Assembly (NCBI GenBank): GCA_050633245.1
Contig: JBOEGD010000022.1
Coordinates: 32,001-96,000, forward strand
Direction of reading: 5' to 3'
DNA from: Calditrichia bacterium
Lineage (GTDB): Bacteria; Calditrichota; Calditrichia; RBG-13-44-9; J075
DNA: 64,000 bases
The notes under the pieces were generated by a model. The model made no database searches. It was not told the origin of the DNA and saw only the letters and a list, made by a program, of their open reading frames with translations. Position numbers and translations under genes: made by a program. Shown in pieces: positions 18,460 to 28,862 of this stretch. How positions within the stretch are numbered: position 1 is the first letter of the stretch; every line of letters starts with the position of its first letter.

Positions 18460-20748
18460 ATGAAAAAACAATTGTCGTATTTAATGGCCTTGCTCTTATT
18501 TCCAATACTTGCTTTTGCACAAACCGGCTCTATCCAGGGGAAAATAATGGATGGCTCCAGCCGGCAACCACTGGTTGCGGTCAATGTTACACTAGATGGT
18601 CAGGCAATGGGAACAGCCAGTGGCCCGGATGGCAGCTATGATATTGCAGATGTCTCGGTCGGAAGCTATACGCTGGTTGCAGAGTTCATCGGCTATGAAG
18701 CAGTTTATCAAACGGATGTTATTGTTCGGAAGAATCGGATTACGTTTGTCAATATCGATCTGTATGAAGCCGTAATCTCTGGAGAGGCTGTTACCATAAC
18801 CGGTGGTTATTTTCAAAAGAAAGAGCGCAGCCGTGTACTAACCTCACTTTCCAAAGAAGAAATACGTCGTTCACCAGGAACAGCCGGTGAAATTACCCGG
18901 GTATTAACGGCTCTACCCAGCGTAGCGTCACGCGGGGAAAACAGTCAAGATATCGTCGTCCGCGGCGGTAGCCCCATCGAAAATGGCTTCTATGTCGATA
19001 ATATTCCGATACCGCAAATTGCTCACTTCACAACAGCTTCAGGGTCTTCTAATGGCCCGGTAGGTATTCTGAATACCGATCTTATCGATAACGTCGATTT
19101 TTATAATGGTGGTTTCAGTTCGCGCTTCGGAGATCGCATGTCTGCGGTTATCGATGTGTCTTATCGCGAAGGAAACCGCGAGGTGACGGATGCTCAGTTT
19201 GATGTGAACTTTGTGGGGTTTGGCGGAGTGGTAGACGGTCCATTAGGGGGTGGAAAAGGATCTTGGTTAATCTCCGGCCGACGTAGCTATTTGGATATCA
19301 TTGCAGATGCAATTAACGCCGGAGGTGCACCGCGATTTGAAGATGTGCAGGGAAAACTGGTTTTCGATATCAGCCCGACCAATAAACTAACCTTCCTGAA
19401 TATCTTTGGAAATAATGCTTTCAATCAAGATCAAGAAGACTCGTTTGACGAAGGCTTTGACGAATATATTGAAGTATCTAATAAACAGAACACCTCCGGC
19501 GCAAATTGGTTTACGCTCTGGAATAAAAAGGCATGGTCAAATACCGCTGTTTCCTACACCTACAAAACGCATGACATCGACGTGAACAACACGGTTAGTG
19601 GTGATACGGAGTTTCAAAATGATTTTGTGGAAAGTACGACAACAGTTCGGCATACGACGTTTCTGCAGCCCGTCGGGCAGTTGGATCTGGAAGTTGGATT
19701 AGACTATTCTTTTGAAGACGGTACGTATGACTACAGACGTCTTGTAGCAGACACCAGCTTGGGCGGTATTGGCAGACCCATTGAAAATCGGCTCGATCAA
19801 TCTGTCTCCGGTAGCAAGTTTGGTGGGTTTTTAAATGCTACTTTTCAACCGGTAAAGCCGCTAAGTATTTCGCTGGGAATACGTGGTGACTATAGTTCAT
19901 ACAATGAAGCCTCGACTGTCTCTCCACGTCTTTCAGCCTCCTGGCAAGCAACTTCTCGGCTCGCGTTTAATGCTTCGTACGGCGTGTTTCATCAAGGACT
20001 TCAAAGATTCTTGCTCTCTCAAGACGAAGAGTTCGAGGCGCTGGATGATATGAAGTCGACGCATTATGTTGCCGGACTGGAGTATCTGCTAACGGCTGAT
20101 ACGCGTTTGACGATTGAGGTCTTTAATAAAGACTATGAGAACATTCCGCAGGCTGAAGCAGCAACGTCTCCGGTTGGACCGGTCTATATCCCGGACTGGC
20201 GTTTTGGTGAAACGAATTGGGGGCCGCTAAACAGCAATGGCGAAGGCTACTCGCGTGGTGTTGAGGTTTTAGTACAGAAAAAGTTGGCGGAGAAGTTCTA
20301 TGGTATCGTAAGCGGAAGTTTCTTTCGTAGTCGCTATACCGATTTCAATGGGGTTGAACGCAGCCGTGATTATGACAATAAATATTTGTTTAATGTGATC
20401 GGGGGTTATAAGCCGAACAACAAGTGGGAATTCTCCGTGCGCTGGACATATTTAGGAGAGCGGCCTTATACTGAAATCAATGAGGCGGCATCGGTTCAAA
20501 CGCAGTCGCAGCGGCTTTTTGTCGATCGCACCAACGAAGCGACACTTCCGGCGTATCACTCGCTGTTCTTTCGCTCAGATCGTCGCTTTAATGTAAAAGG
20601 TTCAACGTTGATTGCCTATCTAAGCGTTTGGAATGCCTACAACCGTGAGAATGTTGATGCGTTTGTTTGGAGTAATCTGGAGCAGCGTATTCTGAAGGAA
20701 ACGCAATTTTCACTGCTGCCAATTTTTGGCATCGAATACGAATTTTAG
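18460..20748 (+). CDS. TonB-dependent receptor with carboxypeptidase-like N-terminal domain
   Basis: Signal peptide; plug motifs IVVRGGSPIEN.FYVD and GGFSSRFGDRMSAVID; terminal EYEF. Confidence 0.93.
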   Translation: MKKQLSYLMALLLFPILAFAQTGSIQGKIMDGSSRQPLVAVNVTLDGQAMGTASGPDGSYDIADVSVGSYTLVAEFIGYEAVYQTDVIVRKNRITFVNIDLYEAVISGEAVTITGGYFQKKERSRVLTSLSKEEIRRSPGTAGEITRVLTALPSVASRGENSQDIVVRGGSPIENGFYVDNIPIPQIAHFTTASGSSNGPVGILNTDLIDNVDFYNGGFSSRFGDRMSAVIDVSYREGNREVTDAQFDVNFVGFGGVVDGPLGGGKGSWLISGRRSYLDIIADAINAGGAPRFEDVQGKLVFDISPTNKLTFLNIFGNNAFNQDQEDSFDEGFDEYIEVSNKQNTSGANWFTLWNKKAWSNTAVSYTYKTHDIDVNNTVSGDTEFQNDFVESTTTVRHTTFLQPVGQLDLEVGLDYSFEDGTYDYRRLVADTSLGGIGRPIENRLDQSVSGSKFGGFLNATFQPVKPLSISLGIRGDYSSYNEASTVSPRLSASWQATSRLAFNASYGVFHQGLQRFLLSQDEEFEALDDMKSTHYVAGLEYLLTADTRLTIEVFNKDYENIPQAEAATSPVGPVYIPDWRFGETNWGPLNSNGEGYSRGVEVLVQKKLAEKFYGIVSGSFFRSRYTDFNGVERSRDYDNKYLFNVIGGYKPNNKWEFSVRWTYLGERPYTEINEAASVQTQSQRLFVDRTNEATLPAYHSLFFRSDRRFNVKGSTLIAYLSVWNAYNRENVDAFVWSNLEQRILKETQFSLLPIFGIEYEF

Positions 20749-20812
20749 GCCTTCCCCCAAAAAAGCCTTCGCTACTCATATTTTTTGCAGCACGATTGGA
20801 GCGGCGAGGGCT

Positions 20813-21535
20813 TTAACTAAACGGATGCTCTCTGGCACGTTTGTAGAGAATCTCCCGTCGTACATCCGGCGAGGGTTGCGTATAAATCATTTTGAATAGG
20901 AGTGTAATCAGAAGACCTGCAGCGAACCCACCGATATGGGCAAAGAAGGCCACTCCTCCACTTCCGGCGACTCCAAGGCTACTGAAGCCACTGAAAATTT
21001 GAATTCCGAACCAAAGTGCAAGCATTACCCAGGCCGGCCACTCGCCCCAGAGTGGAATAACTACCAGCACAATAATCCCTTTTACCCTCACCCCGGGGAA
21101 GAGAACCAAATAACTACCCAAGATGCCGGCAATGGCTCCGCTGGCACCAACCATTGGAATAGTTGAAGTAGGATCAATAATGACTTGTGCATAAACAGCC
21201 GCAATGCCACAGGCAAAATACAAGACCAGATAGCCGATTACTCCAAATCGATCTTCAACGTTATCGCCGAATATCCATAAGTAGAGCATGTTCCCGCCCA
21301 GGTGCATTAGCCCACCGTGAAAAAACATGCTGCGTACGATATCCAGAAAAGTCTCCATTGATAACGGAGCTGCAGAAATGTTCGCCGGCACTACAGAGTA
21401 TACTTGAAACAGATGATTTACCTCTTCGGGAGACAGTGAACCCGTCCAGAAATAAATGGCAATATTTATCAACAGCAATGTGTAGGTTGCAATTGGTGTT
21501 CGTCGCGTTGGGTTCATGTCCTTGAATGGAAGCAC
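20813..21535 (-). CDS. Rhomboid family intramembrane serine protease
   Basis: SMFFHGGLMHLGGNMLYLWIFGDNVED, GASGAIAG and AHIGGF motifs. Confidence 0.95.
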   Translation of the reverse strand: MLPFKDMNPTRRTPIATYTLLLINIAIYFWTGSLSPEEVNHLFQVYSVVPANISAAPLSMETFLDIVRSMFFHGGLMHLGGNMLYLWIFGDNVEDRFGVIGYLVLYFACGIAAVYAQVIIDPTSTIPMVGASGAIAGILGSYLVLFPGVRVKGIIVLVVIPLWGEWPAWVMLALWFGIQIFSGFSSLGVAGSGGVAFFAHIGGFAAGLLITLLFKMIYTQPSPDVRREILYKRAREHPFS

Positions 21536-21740
21536 AAGTGATCCTTTCGGTAGTATTCAAACAATGTGAGTAACTCTGTTCGATGTCCGTCAATGTAAGC
21601 GAAACGCTGCAATATGCCAAGAGATTCTGAGGCATTGCGAATGAGAATCTGTAAGACAAGATGTTGATTTTGTATATTATCTGCTGCATAATGTAGCATA
21701 CATCTTACCCTTTCAAATAATGAACCACTCGGAGAGCTTT

Positions 21741-22757
21741 ATGAAATATATTGTATCAATACTGTTGGCATCCTTGTTCGTTAGTCAGCCAATTTTTTCA
21801 CAAGACACGTTTTCCATCGTTGCTGTAGATACCATCACTGGTGAAGTGGGCAGTGCAGGCGCCTCTTGCGTTGCCGGCTCGATAATTCTAAGTGATGTGC
21901 ATCCCGGAGTAGGGGTTGTGCATACCCAGTCGTTTTATCTGTCGTCTAACCAGCAATACGGCAGACAGCTGATGAATCAGGGGTTTCCGCCGCAGCAGAT
22001 TGTCGATTCGCTGGTGGCAAATGATGCGCAAAATAATCCAACCCGCAGACAGTATGGCGTGGTTGATTTAATCGACAATGGGCGTAGTGCAGCATATACC
22101 GGCGTAAACTGTTTCGATTGGAAGGGCCAGACGCTCGGACAGACGTATGCGATTCAGGGAAATATTCTTTCCGGCCCGGAAGTCTTGGACTCAATGGAAA
22201 CACGTTTTCTGGCCACCTCTGGAGATCTCGCCGAAAAGTTGATGGCCGCCTTACAGGGCGCAAACTTTGCTGGTGCTGATGTGCGCTGTTTGGGGGCTGG
22301 AACCTCGTCAATCTCAGCGTTTATTCGAGTAGCTAAACCCAATGATATGCCAGGCAAATTCCATCTGGATCTGAATGTAAACAGCACGGCAACCGGTGTA
22401 GAACCTATCGATTCACTGCAAGTGCTGTTTAATAGCTGGCGAGGACCTACCGGTGTAGAACCCGTAGCAACCCGACAAATTGAGACCTTTCAGCTAGAAC
22501 AAAACTATCCGAATCCGTTTAATCCGGAGACGACTATTCGCTATCAGCTGAACCGTCGTTCGAATATTAGTCTAAAGGTTTTCACGCTGTTGGGACAGGA
22601 AGTTGCAACGCTGGTGGCAGAACAACAGACAGTAGGCAGCTATTCTGTTAAATGGGATGGCACGACCTATGAGGGCAATGCAGCTGCGGGGGTCTATTTG
22701 TATCGCCTGCGCGTTGGTACTGAGGCTGTTACAAGACAAATGATTTTGGCAAAATAA
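21741..22757 (+). CDS. DUF1028 (Ntn-hydrolase-like) protein with T9SS type A-like CTD
   Basis: TFSIVAVD..TGEVG, RQYGVVD and IQGNIL motifs; QNYPNPFNPET CTD. Confidence 0.88.
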   Translation: MKYIVSILLASLFVSQPIFSQDTFSIVAVDTITGEVGSAGASCVAGSIILSDVHPGVGVVHTQSFYLSSNQQYGRQLMNQGFPPQQIVDSLVANDAQNNPTRRQYGVVDLIDNGRSAAYTGVNCFDWKGQTLGQTYAIQGNILSGPEVLDSMETRFLATSGDLAEKLMAALQGANFAGADVRCLGAGTSSISAFIRVAKPNDMPGKFHLDLNVNSTATGVEPIDSLQVLFNSWRGPTGVEPVATRQIETFQLEQNYPNPFNPETTIRYQLNRRSNISLKVFTLLGQEVATLVAEQQTVGSYSVKWDGTTYEGNAAAGVYLYRLRVGTEAVTRQMILAK

Positions 22758-22760
22758 GGG

Positions 22761-22793
22761 AAACTGGAGCAGTTTTCAAAACTGCTCCAGTTT
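22761..22793. repeat. REP-like palindrome, also a bidirectional terminator
   Basis: aaactggagcagttttcaaaactgctccagttt; near-identical copies at 33927 and 35191. Confidence 0.85.
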
Positions 22794-22797
22794 TGTG

Positions 22798-24060
22798 CTA
22801 TCCCTTTAAAAGCTGGAGCGGCTTGCCGTTCCAGCCGGGAAAAAGAGCAGCCTGATTTTTAACGCGTAAATGCTTAACGGCAACCTCGGTAAATAACGAG
22901 CGAAAGTCTATCTGAACAGGCAGGTCGCGGCCATCTTCAAGTGCATCTACATCTAGTTCCGGAATACCGCCGTAAATTTGCCCGCCCTCGACATTGTTGC
23001 CCAATACAAACATGCAGGATGCGCGGCCGTGGTCGGTTCCCACACTACCATTCTCCGCAACGGTGCGGCCGAATTCCGTCATTGTCATGAGCGTTACATT
23101 GTCCTGATAAACGCCAAGATCAGTCCAGAAGGCGTTTATACAGTCAGCTAGATCGTCTGCTCTTCTTGCGAAGGAACCGGTTGCCGTTCCCTGACGCACA
23201 TGCGTATCCCACCCATTACTCTCGGCAAAAGCGACTTCAAGACCGACATCTGCTTTTACAAGAATTGCTATCTGCTTTAGATTCTTTCCAAGTGGAGACG
23301 TTGGGTATTTAGCACCATTGGCTGGCTTATAACCGTTTATCTCAATATCTGATATGGTGCGTATGGCATCGAAGCTGTCCTTGCCGCTTTCTTTTAGCAA
23401 GTCCTGTGTTGTCTGGCGATACAGCTCTTCGATGCTCTTACCGGCACTTTGCACCACTGCTCTTGCTTGTCTGCCGGAAAGCTTGAAATCGTTTAAGTCT
23501 GTTAAGGCAATTGCCGCATTATTGCCATAAAGCGCTCGCGGCATTGCGGGCGTCATTGAAACGGCCTGAAAAGGAGTTGCTTCATGCCCCATCAAACCAA
23601 TGGCCCGATTGAGCCAACCACTGGAAGTCCCTTTGTCTCCAGGTGTACCCGTCTCCATATAGTCCTGAGCGTCAAAATGAGAGCGGGTGTTATTTGGTGA
23701 TCCGATGCCGTGAACAATAGCCAGCCGCTCTTCATCGTAGAAGCGCTTAAGCGAAGCGAATGACGGATGCAGTCCAAAATTACCATCCAGTTCCAAGAGG
23801 CGACGCTCCGCAGACTTCGCTGCTGTCATTCCAAGATTGGGGCGCAGTTTCAGCAATCGCGGATCATTCAGTGGCGAGACGGCCATCAGGCCATCCATTG
23901 CACCACGCTGGAAAATTGTAACCAGAGTATTGCGACGACGATAGCCGCTCAAATTTTCGGCAGCCTGGGCAGTACGAGATAAGAATAGCGGCGTTCCACC
24001 GACAGAAAGTGAAAAAAGCGCCAAGCCTCCGGCTTTTAGAAATGCGCGTCTTGAGATCAT
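22798..24060 (-). CDS. DUF1501 domain protein with Tat signal
   Basis: SRRAFLK Tat motif; FQRGAMDGL, RSHFDAQD, GWDTH, TEFGRT and GTDHG motifs. Confidence 0.92.
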   Translation of the reverse strand: MISRRAFLKAGGLALFSLSVGGTPLFLSRTAQAAENLSGYRRRNTLVTIFQRGAMDGLMAVSPLNDPRLLKLRPNLGMTAAKSAERRLLELDGNFGLHPSFASLKRFYDEERLAIVHGIGSPNNTRSHFDAQDYMETGTPGDKGTSSGWLNRAIGLMGHEATPFQAVSMTPAMPRALYGNNAAIALTDLNDFKLSGRQARAVVQSAGKSIEELYRQTTQDLLKESGKDSFDAIRTISDIEINGYKPANGAKYPTSPLGKNLKQIAILVKADVGLEVAFAESNGWDTHVRQGTATGSFARRADDLADCINAFWTDLGVYQDNVTLMTMTEFGRTVAENGSVGTDHGRASCMFVLGNNVEGGQIYGGIPELDVDALEDGRDLPVQIDFRSLFTEVAVKHLRVKNQAALFPGWNGKPLQLLKG

Positions 24061-24154
24061 TGCCTATCCTTTCAACGAATACTTTTATTGCCTGAAACGA
24101 AATTTATTCCGTGGTTGATCGCGAGCGAATAAATCTCCTCGCGGAACTATGTGT

Positions 24155-26068
24155 TTATCTGCGCTGAAACTCAGGCGAACCGAGCAGAATACCAACGACC
24201 TGAGCCAAATTTACTTCAGCATTCGTTCGCGTCAAATTTAAGTCCTCCGGATTCTCTTCCAGCAGATCTTTAGCGACAGCAGTCTTTTTCTCAAGCGCTT
24301 TTGATACTTTCTTGTCAATTAGCGGGTCGTAAATCAGCGGAAGCAATATGTCGATCGTTTCGCTTAGGTCACGCTCCGGTAGCAGAAGGTTTGCATAGGT
24401 TGTCAGGGCGGCTTCTGCTGATTCTGGCTCGTGGTGATTATTCAACTTAGACAAGTCTATTTTAATGCCCTTTATGCGATTGTCCGCTAATGAGAGACCA
24501 AATTTCATACGGTTTAGTAAAGATCCGGTGTTAATCCATGCCTCAGCTCGATCAGGGTAACCGGATGGTGCCTGATAACCATATACATTTTGGCCCATTC
24601 TGAAAATCCACTGCTGTACTTGTCTTGGATTGTTCATTTTAGCATCTACAGCACGCAGCGAGCTGACCACCAGTTCGAATGGTGATTTTATTTTGGAGCG
24701 ATGACTCTGCCAAAACTCCGGAGACTCGATAAGCGTTTGCATGACGCTGCGAATGTTTCCATTGCTGCTTAAAAAGCTTTTGGCCATTCGTTTTACTACG
24801 CTCTCGGGTGGAGAATCATCGATAAAACGTGCTGCGAGTTTGCGAGAAATATGGCTCGCTGTGGACGGATGTGCAGCTAGCATTCGCAGCAACTCTTCAC
24901 CCTCTTCAAGGCCACGCCCAGCCGGGAAATGCTTTCCGAGTGCCTTCTTGGCATAGGCATCATGATGATCTCCACGAAAGTAAAAATCGCCTTGCCGCAC
25001 AAAACCAAGTCGACGATTATGAGCCAAACGCTTTTTAATCTTCTCTGCCGAACCTTTCTCATGGAAGATATTCCAGCCGGTGAAGATGCGTGCAATCTCT
25101 GTAATGTCCTTCTGCGTATAACCGCCATCAACACCCATTGTATGTAGTTCTAAAAGCTCTCGTGCATAATTTTCATTGATGCCGCGAAATTTGCTGCGCT
25201 TTCCCTTGCGCCTATTCTCTTGTAGAAGCCGACGCTTCTTGCGGCGACGCTCGATAATCTCATTTTCCGGTCGTTTATTAAAACGCATTTCTTCTTCCGA
25301 TTTTATATCGCTAAGCGTTTGAACGGTGTCGGGGGCAAAGGAACGAATATTGTCGAGGTAAAAAAGCATAGCCGGGTGCTTGGCTGTTGCCATAAGCATG
25401 TCAGAAAAGCTACCGAGCACAAATGGCCGAATTGTATCACGTTCGAAGGTTGGCACAAATGGCCGCACTTCGCCATCTAATGTCGACACAGAAAAATGAT
25501 TGAACCAGAAGTCTACCAGCATTTCCCGCAGTTGGTTGTCGCTTGAAGTAGCCAAATAGAGTTTATGAGCCTGAGCGAGTTTTATTAATCCGGATCGGCG
25601 TTTCAGATTGTTCTTCTCATAGTAGGAATCGAGAATCTTCTTTTGTTTTGTATATGGAAGGGTTTGAAAGTTCTTTGGAAGATAACCTTCTTTCCCGGCA
25701 TTTTGTTTTACCTGACCATGATGCGGATGCATATCGAATATTTCTCGCGTTGTTAATGGTAGATAATAAACTTTCTTAAGATCTTTAGCCAATCGCTCAT
25801 CGCTAAACGCGCCGTCCAGCTGCATTTGCACCCATTTATCGATACCAAAATCCACCATTTTATCAACATCACCGGGACCGCCGCCAAAGGCCAATCGGTT
25901 GAGTAGATGAGCTGCTGCCTGTCTATCCGTCAGCCCCGCCTTTTTATATGGCAGTTTCATTTTAGCCGCCTTGCGTTGCTGCGGCTGTTCACTGTGGCCA
26001 TCGGCACATGCAGTCACCATTAGTGCCAGAAGAAGGAGTAGTGTTGTTAACCGTTGTTGTGTCGTCAT
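24155..26068 (-). CDS. DUF1800 domain protein (lipoprotein)
   Basis: HLLNRLAFG, FWFNHF, PAMLFYLDN, NENYARELLELHTMG and GSPEFQRR motifs. Confidence 0.92.
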   Translation of the reverse strand: MTTQQRLTTLLLLLALMVTACADGHSEQPQQRKAAKMKLPYKKAGLTDRQAAAHLLNRLAFGGGPGDVDKMVDFGIDKWVQMQLDGAFSDERLAKDLKKVYYLPLTTREIFDMHPHHGQVKQNAGKEGYLPKNFQTLPYTKQKKILDSYYEKNNLKRRSGLIKLAQAHKLYLATSSDNQLREMLVDFWFNHFSVSTLDGEVRPFVPTFERDTIRPFVLGSFSDMLMATAKHPAMLFYLDNIRSFAPDTVQTLSDIKSEEEMRFNKRPENEIIERRRKKRRLLQENRRKGKRSKFRGINENYARELLELHTMGVDGGYTQKDITEIARIFTGWNIFHEKGSAEKIKKRLAHNRRLGFVRQGDFYFRGDHHDAYAKKALGKHFPAGRGLEEGEELLRMLAAHPSTASHISRKLAARFIDDSPPESVVKRMAKSFLSSNGNIRSVMQTLIESPEFWQSHRSKIKSPFELVVSSLRAVDAKMNNPRQVQQWIFRMGQNVYGYQAPSGYPDRAEAWINTGSLLNRMKFGLSLADNRIKGIKIDLSKLNNHHEPESAEAALTTYANLLLPERDLSETIDILLPLIYDPLIDKKVSKALEKKTAVAKDLLEENPEDLNLTRTNAEVNLAQVVGILLGSPEFQRR

Positions 26069-26104
26069 CTCTAATTGCTTTTCTGTTTCATAGCGGGTAA
26101 CTTA

Positions 26105-26119
26105 ACAAGTTGTATGCCA
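26105..26119 (-). promoter_or_regulatory. Putative sigma54 promoter of the DUF1800-DUF1501 operon
   Basis: Minus strand TGGCAT-ACAAC-TTGT about 37 nt upstream of the ATG. Confidence 0.5.
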
Positions 26120-26234
26120 AAGAAGCATATTAACTAAAATCGCGATTTTCAATAGAAAAAACCGTGATATGTGTCCGGTATAGTACAAACATCTGTACAC
26201 AAGTCGGAAACGCGATACCCTGGTTTCGAACGTA

Positions 26235-26321
26235 AATCATAACTCATCAATCGTAACTCATCAGTCATAACTCATCAATCATAACTCATCAGTCATAACT
26301 CATCAATCATAACTCATCAAT
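26235..26321. repeat. Tandem repeat, 14-mer A(A/G)TC(A/G)TAACTCATC x6
   Basis: Directly visible; ends 4 nt before the TrmH start codon. Confidence 0.93.
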
Positions 26322-26325
26322 TTCT

Positions 26326-27102
26326 ATGTCTACCTGGAAAAGCTACATCATCTTACATAAGAAGCGACATCGTCGGGAAATCGGCCTGATGCTCGTTGAA
26401 GGCGCTCGTTTGTGTAGAGAAGCAATAACCTCTGCTATGGAATGTGAAGAGATATTCGTAACTGAATCTTTTCAGGAGAGCGATGAATGGAAGACAATCG
26501 AGACACTTGCCTGGAAGCGTCAGATAGAATGCAGGGTTATCGATGAAAAAAGTCTGAAGCGGCTGGCGGAGACCGAAAGCCCTCAGGGCATAATATTAAT
26601 TGCTCATATTCCTAAAAATGACCTGAGCACGCTTTCTGTTGCGCCGGATTCTATCTTTTTGGTATTAGATAGTGTTCGTGACCCGGGGAATGTTGGTACG
26701 CTGATTCGCACTGCAGACTGGTTCAATGCTGCTGGAGTATTGCTTGCCGATAGCGTAGATCCCTGGAGCGGCAAGGTCCTGCGTTCATCAATGGGGTCGG
26801 CTTTTCGTCTGCCCGTTATAGAGACGGATATCGCCGAGGCATTAACCTGGCTGTCGCAAAATAAAATTGACTGTATAGCGAGTACTTTGGAAGCAAAAGA
26901 AAACCTCGATACTGCAAAATTCAATAAGCCCACAGCATTATTGCTTGGCAGCGAGGCGCATGGTCTCTCTGCCGCCACAGTCGATAAGGCAAATCGAACC
27001 ATGAAAATTGCTGGATTTGGTGGAGCTGAATCCTTAAATGTTGCTGTCGCAGGCGGCATATTCCTCGAAAAAATTGCTCGTACCCTCGGAAAGGACTCCT
27101 GA
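26326..27102 (+). CDS. RNA 2'-O-methyltransferase, TrmH/SpoU family
   Basis: LVEG, VRDPGNVGTLIRTA, RSSMGS, LGSEAHGL and ESLNVAVA SPOUT motifs. Confidence 0.94.
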   Translation: MSTWKSYIILHKKRHRREIGLMLVEGARLCREAITSAMECEEIFVTESFQESDEWKTIETLAWKRQIECRVIDEKSLKRLAETESPQGIILIAHIPKNDLSTLSVAPDSIFLVLDSVRDPGNVGTLIRTADWFNAAGVLLADSVDPWSGKVLRSSMGSAFRLPVIETDIAEALTWLSQNKIDCIASTLEAKENLDTAKFNKPTALLLGSEAHGLSAATVDKANRTMKIAGFGGAESLNVAVAGGIFLEKIARTLGKDS

Positions 27103-27103
27103 T

Positions 27104-27982
27104 ATGCAGCCTCCTGTTGAAAATGAAAAGCCACAGTGGCCAACTCCCTTTGAGGCGGTATTAGTTTTGGTTGGTAGTATGTTTTTTATGGCATTGCTGC
27201 ACTCTATTTATTTAGTGGCTGTCGGGGTGGAAGACCCATCCGCAATGCTTAGTTCGATGGAACTTAAACTATTTACGATCACCGGTGGTTTGTCCATTGG
27301 AGTGTTTCCCCTCATTTTTGCGCGAATTCGTGAATACGATGTTGTTAGTCTTTTTCGTCTGAATCCACTTGAACCGGGAATTATTTTATATGGAGTGGGA
27401 ATTGGACTCTGTCTTGCCGTTTTGGGAGATGAAGTAAGTCGACTTGTCGAATTAGCGTTTCCGGTTCCCGAAGAGATCAGAGAGAATCTCGCCAAGACGG
27501 TAATTGCGGAATCCTTCGCTGAATTCATTGTTTTGTTTATTGGAGTGGTTATAATTGCTTCTGTTGTGGAAGAAGCGCTCTTCCGAGGTTTTCTGCAAGT
27601 AAGCATGGAAAAGCAGATTGATGTAACTCGTGCCGTGGTTATCAGCACTGTTGCCTGGGCAGCAATGCACTTAAATCCGGAAATGCCGGCCATTGCCATT
27701 CCATTACTGTTGTCGGGCTTTATTTCAGGTTATCTGGCATGGCGAACCAACAGCATTGTTTTACCGATTGCCATTCACGCCGTGAATAACTTGCTGGCAC
27801 TGATATATTACAATATGGATTTTGAAGAGATTTTCTTCTTTTATGCCTGGAATGGCCACGTTTCGCCTATTTTGATAATCGGCTGTATTGCAGGATTATA
27901 CGTCATGCTTACAAGGCTGGACGCTTACTATAGCGCGATGTTGCGATCTTCCAGCACAGGAGATGAAGGCTCAGGAAGCTGA
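27104..27982 (+). CDS. CPBP (Abi/CAAX) family intramembrane metalloprotease
   Basis: EEALFRG, AAMH and IAIHAVNN motifs; multiple TM segments. Confidence 0.92.
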   Translation: MQPPVENEKPQWPTPFEAVLVLVGSMFFMALLHSIYLVAVGVEDPSAMLSSMELKLFTITGGLSIGVFPLIFARIREYDVVSLFRLNPLEPGIILYGVGIGLCLAVLGDEVSRLVELAFPVPEEIRENLAKTVIAESFAEFIVLFIGVVIIASVVEEALFRGFLQVSMEKQIDVTRAVVISTVAWAAMHLNPEMPAIAIPLLLSGFISGYLAWRTNSIVLPIAIHAVNNLLALIYYNMDFEEIFFFYAWNGHVSPILIIGCIAGLYVMLTRLDAYYSAMLRSSSTGDEGSGS

Positions 27983-28623
27983 ACCGGGTTTTTGCGAAAA
28001 TACTCGAGTAGATTTTCCTCTGCATTCTTCACATCTATTGCACGGCTGTTTTTGAGCGTATCGCAGACTGCTTGCGGCGTTACGTTTTCCCGTTCTGCAA
28101 CCTCCCGATATGTGCCTAAATCCTTATAGCTCCAGAACAGTCGATAATGGCGCTCATTCCAGCGTTTACGAATGGCTGTAATTAGTTGAAAAATTGTATT
28201 GGTGAGCATGTCGAGGGCAGGGTTTTCAGAGAGAATGCTGTAAGCGTATTTTTTCTTTTTGGCTGTATGCAGGGCGTTACTGGCGCGATGAAAGGCCGGA
28301 CCGTCCATCTCAATAGGTAAAATACCACCCATCTTATAAACCTTGCCGATCCCAAGGCCAAAGCGTAACTGTACCGGGGCCGTCAGCTTTTCCAGCGCCA
28401 AAACAATTCTAAAGGCGGTTTCCAGATCATTCAATAGTCCCTGAAACTCATCTCCCTTGGAAATTGTAATTGGAGCTTCTAACTGATCTTTGAACTCTTC
28501 ATTAATCTGCACAACAGCAGACTTTACAAAGAGTTGCGTTTTGTAGCGGTTGCGGCTTGTCAACTGCTTTGAGCCGCTGATGTCACCAATCATTACTACA
28601 TACTTTTTGTTTTCAGATTCCAT
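27928..28623 (-). CDS. SatD family protein
   Basis: GDISGS, GDEFQG, RFGLGIG and DGPAFHRA motifs; C-terminal HTH (TYREVAERENVTPQAV). Confidence 0.85.
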   Translation of the reverse strand: MESENKKYVVMIGDISGSKQLTSRNRYKTQLFVKSAVVQINEEFKDQLEAPITISKGDEFQGLLNDLETAFRIVLALEKLTAPVQLRFGLGIGKVYKMGGILPIEMDGPAFHRASNALHTAKKKKYAYSILSENPALDMLTNTIFQLITAIRKRWNERHYRLFWSYKDLGTYREVAERENVTPQAVCDTLKNSRAIDVKNAEENLLEYFRKNPVQLPEPSSPVLEDRNIAL

Positions 28624-28862
28624 TTGAACCCCTGGGTTTATGAATCGGACAACAAATAATTTTGAAGATCATGCCCGGAAGATGTTCATAAAGCGATCTT
28701 CTTCACTAGGTATCGTCATAATCGACAGCCATTTTTAGCAAACAGATTGGCGGCAGCCAGATCGTACTACATTCCTGCATCATTCCATTTCAGCAATTTT
28801 ACACCGTTAGCTGGAATCCCCAAGTTCACATCCAGTGAAACAATCTACAGGGCGATATGCAA

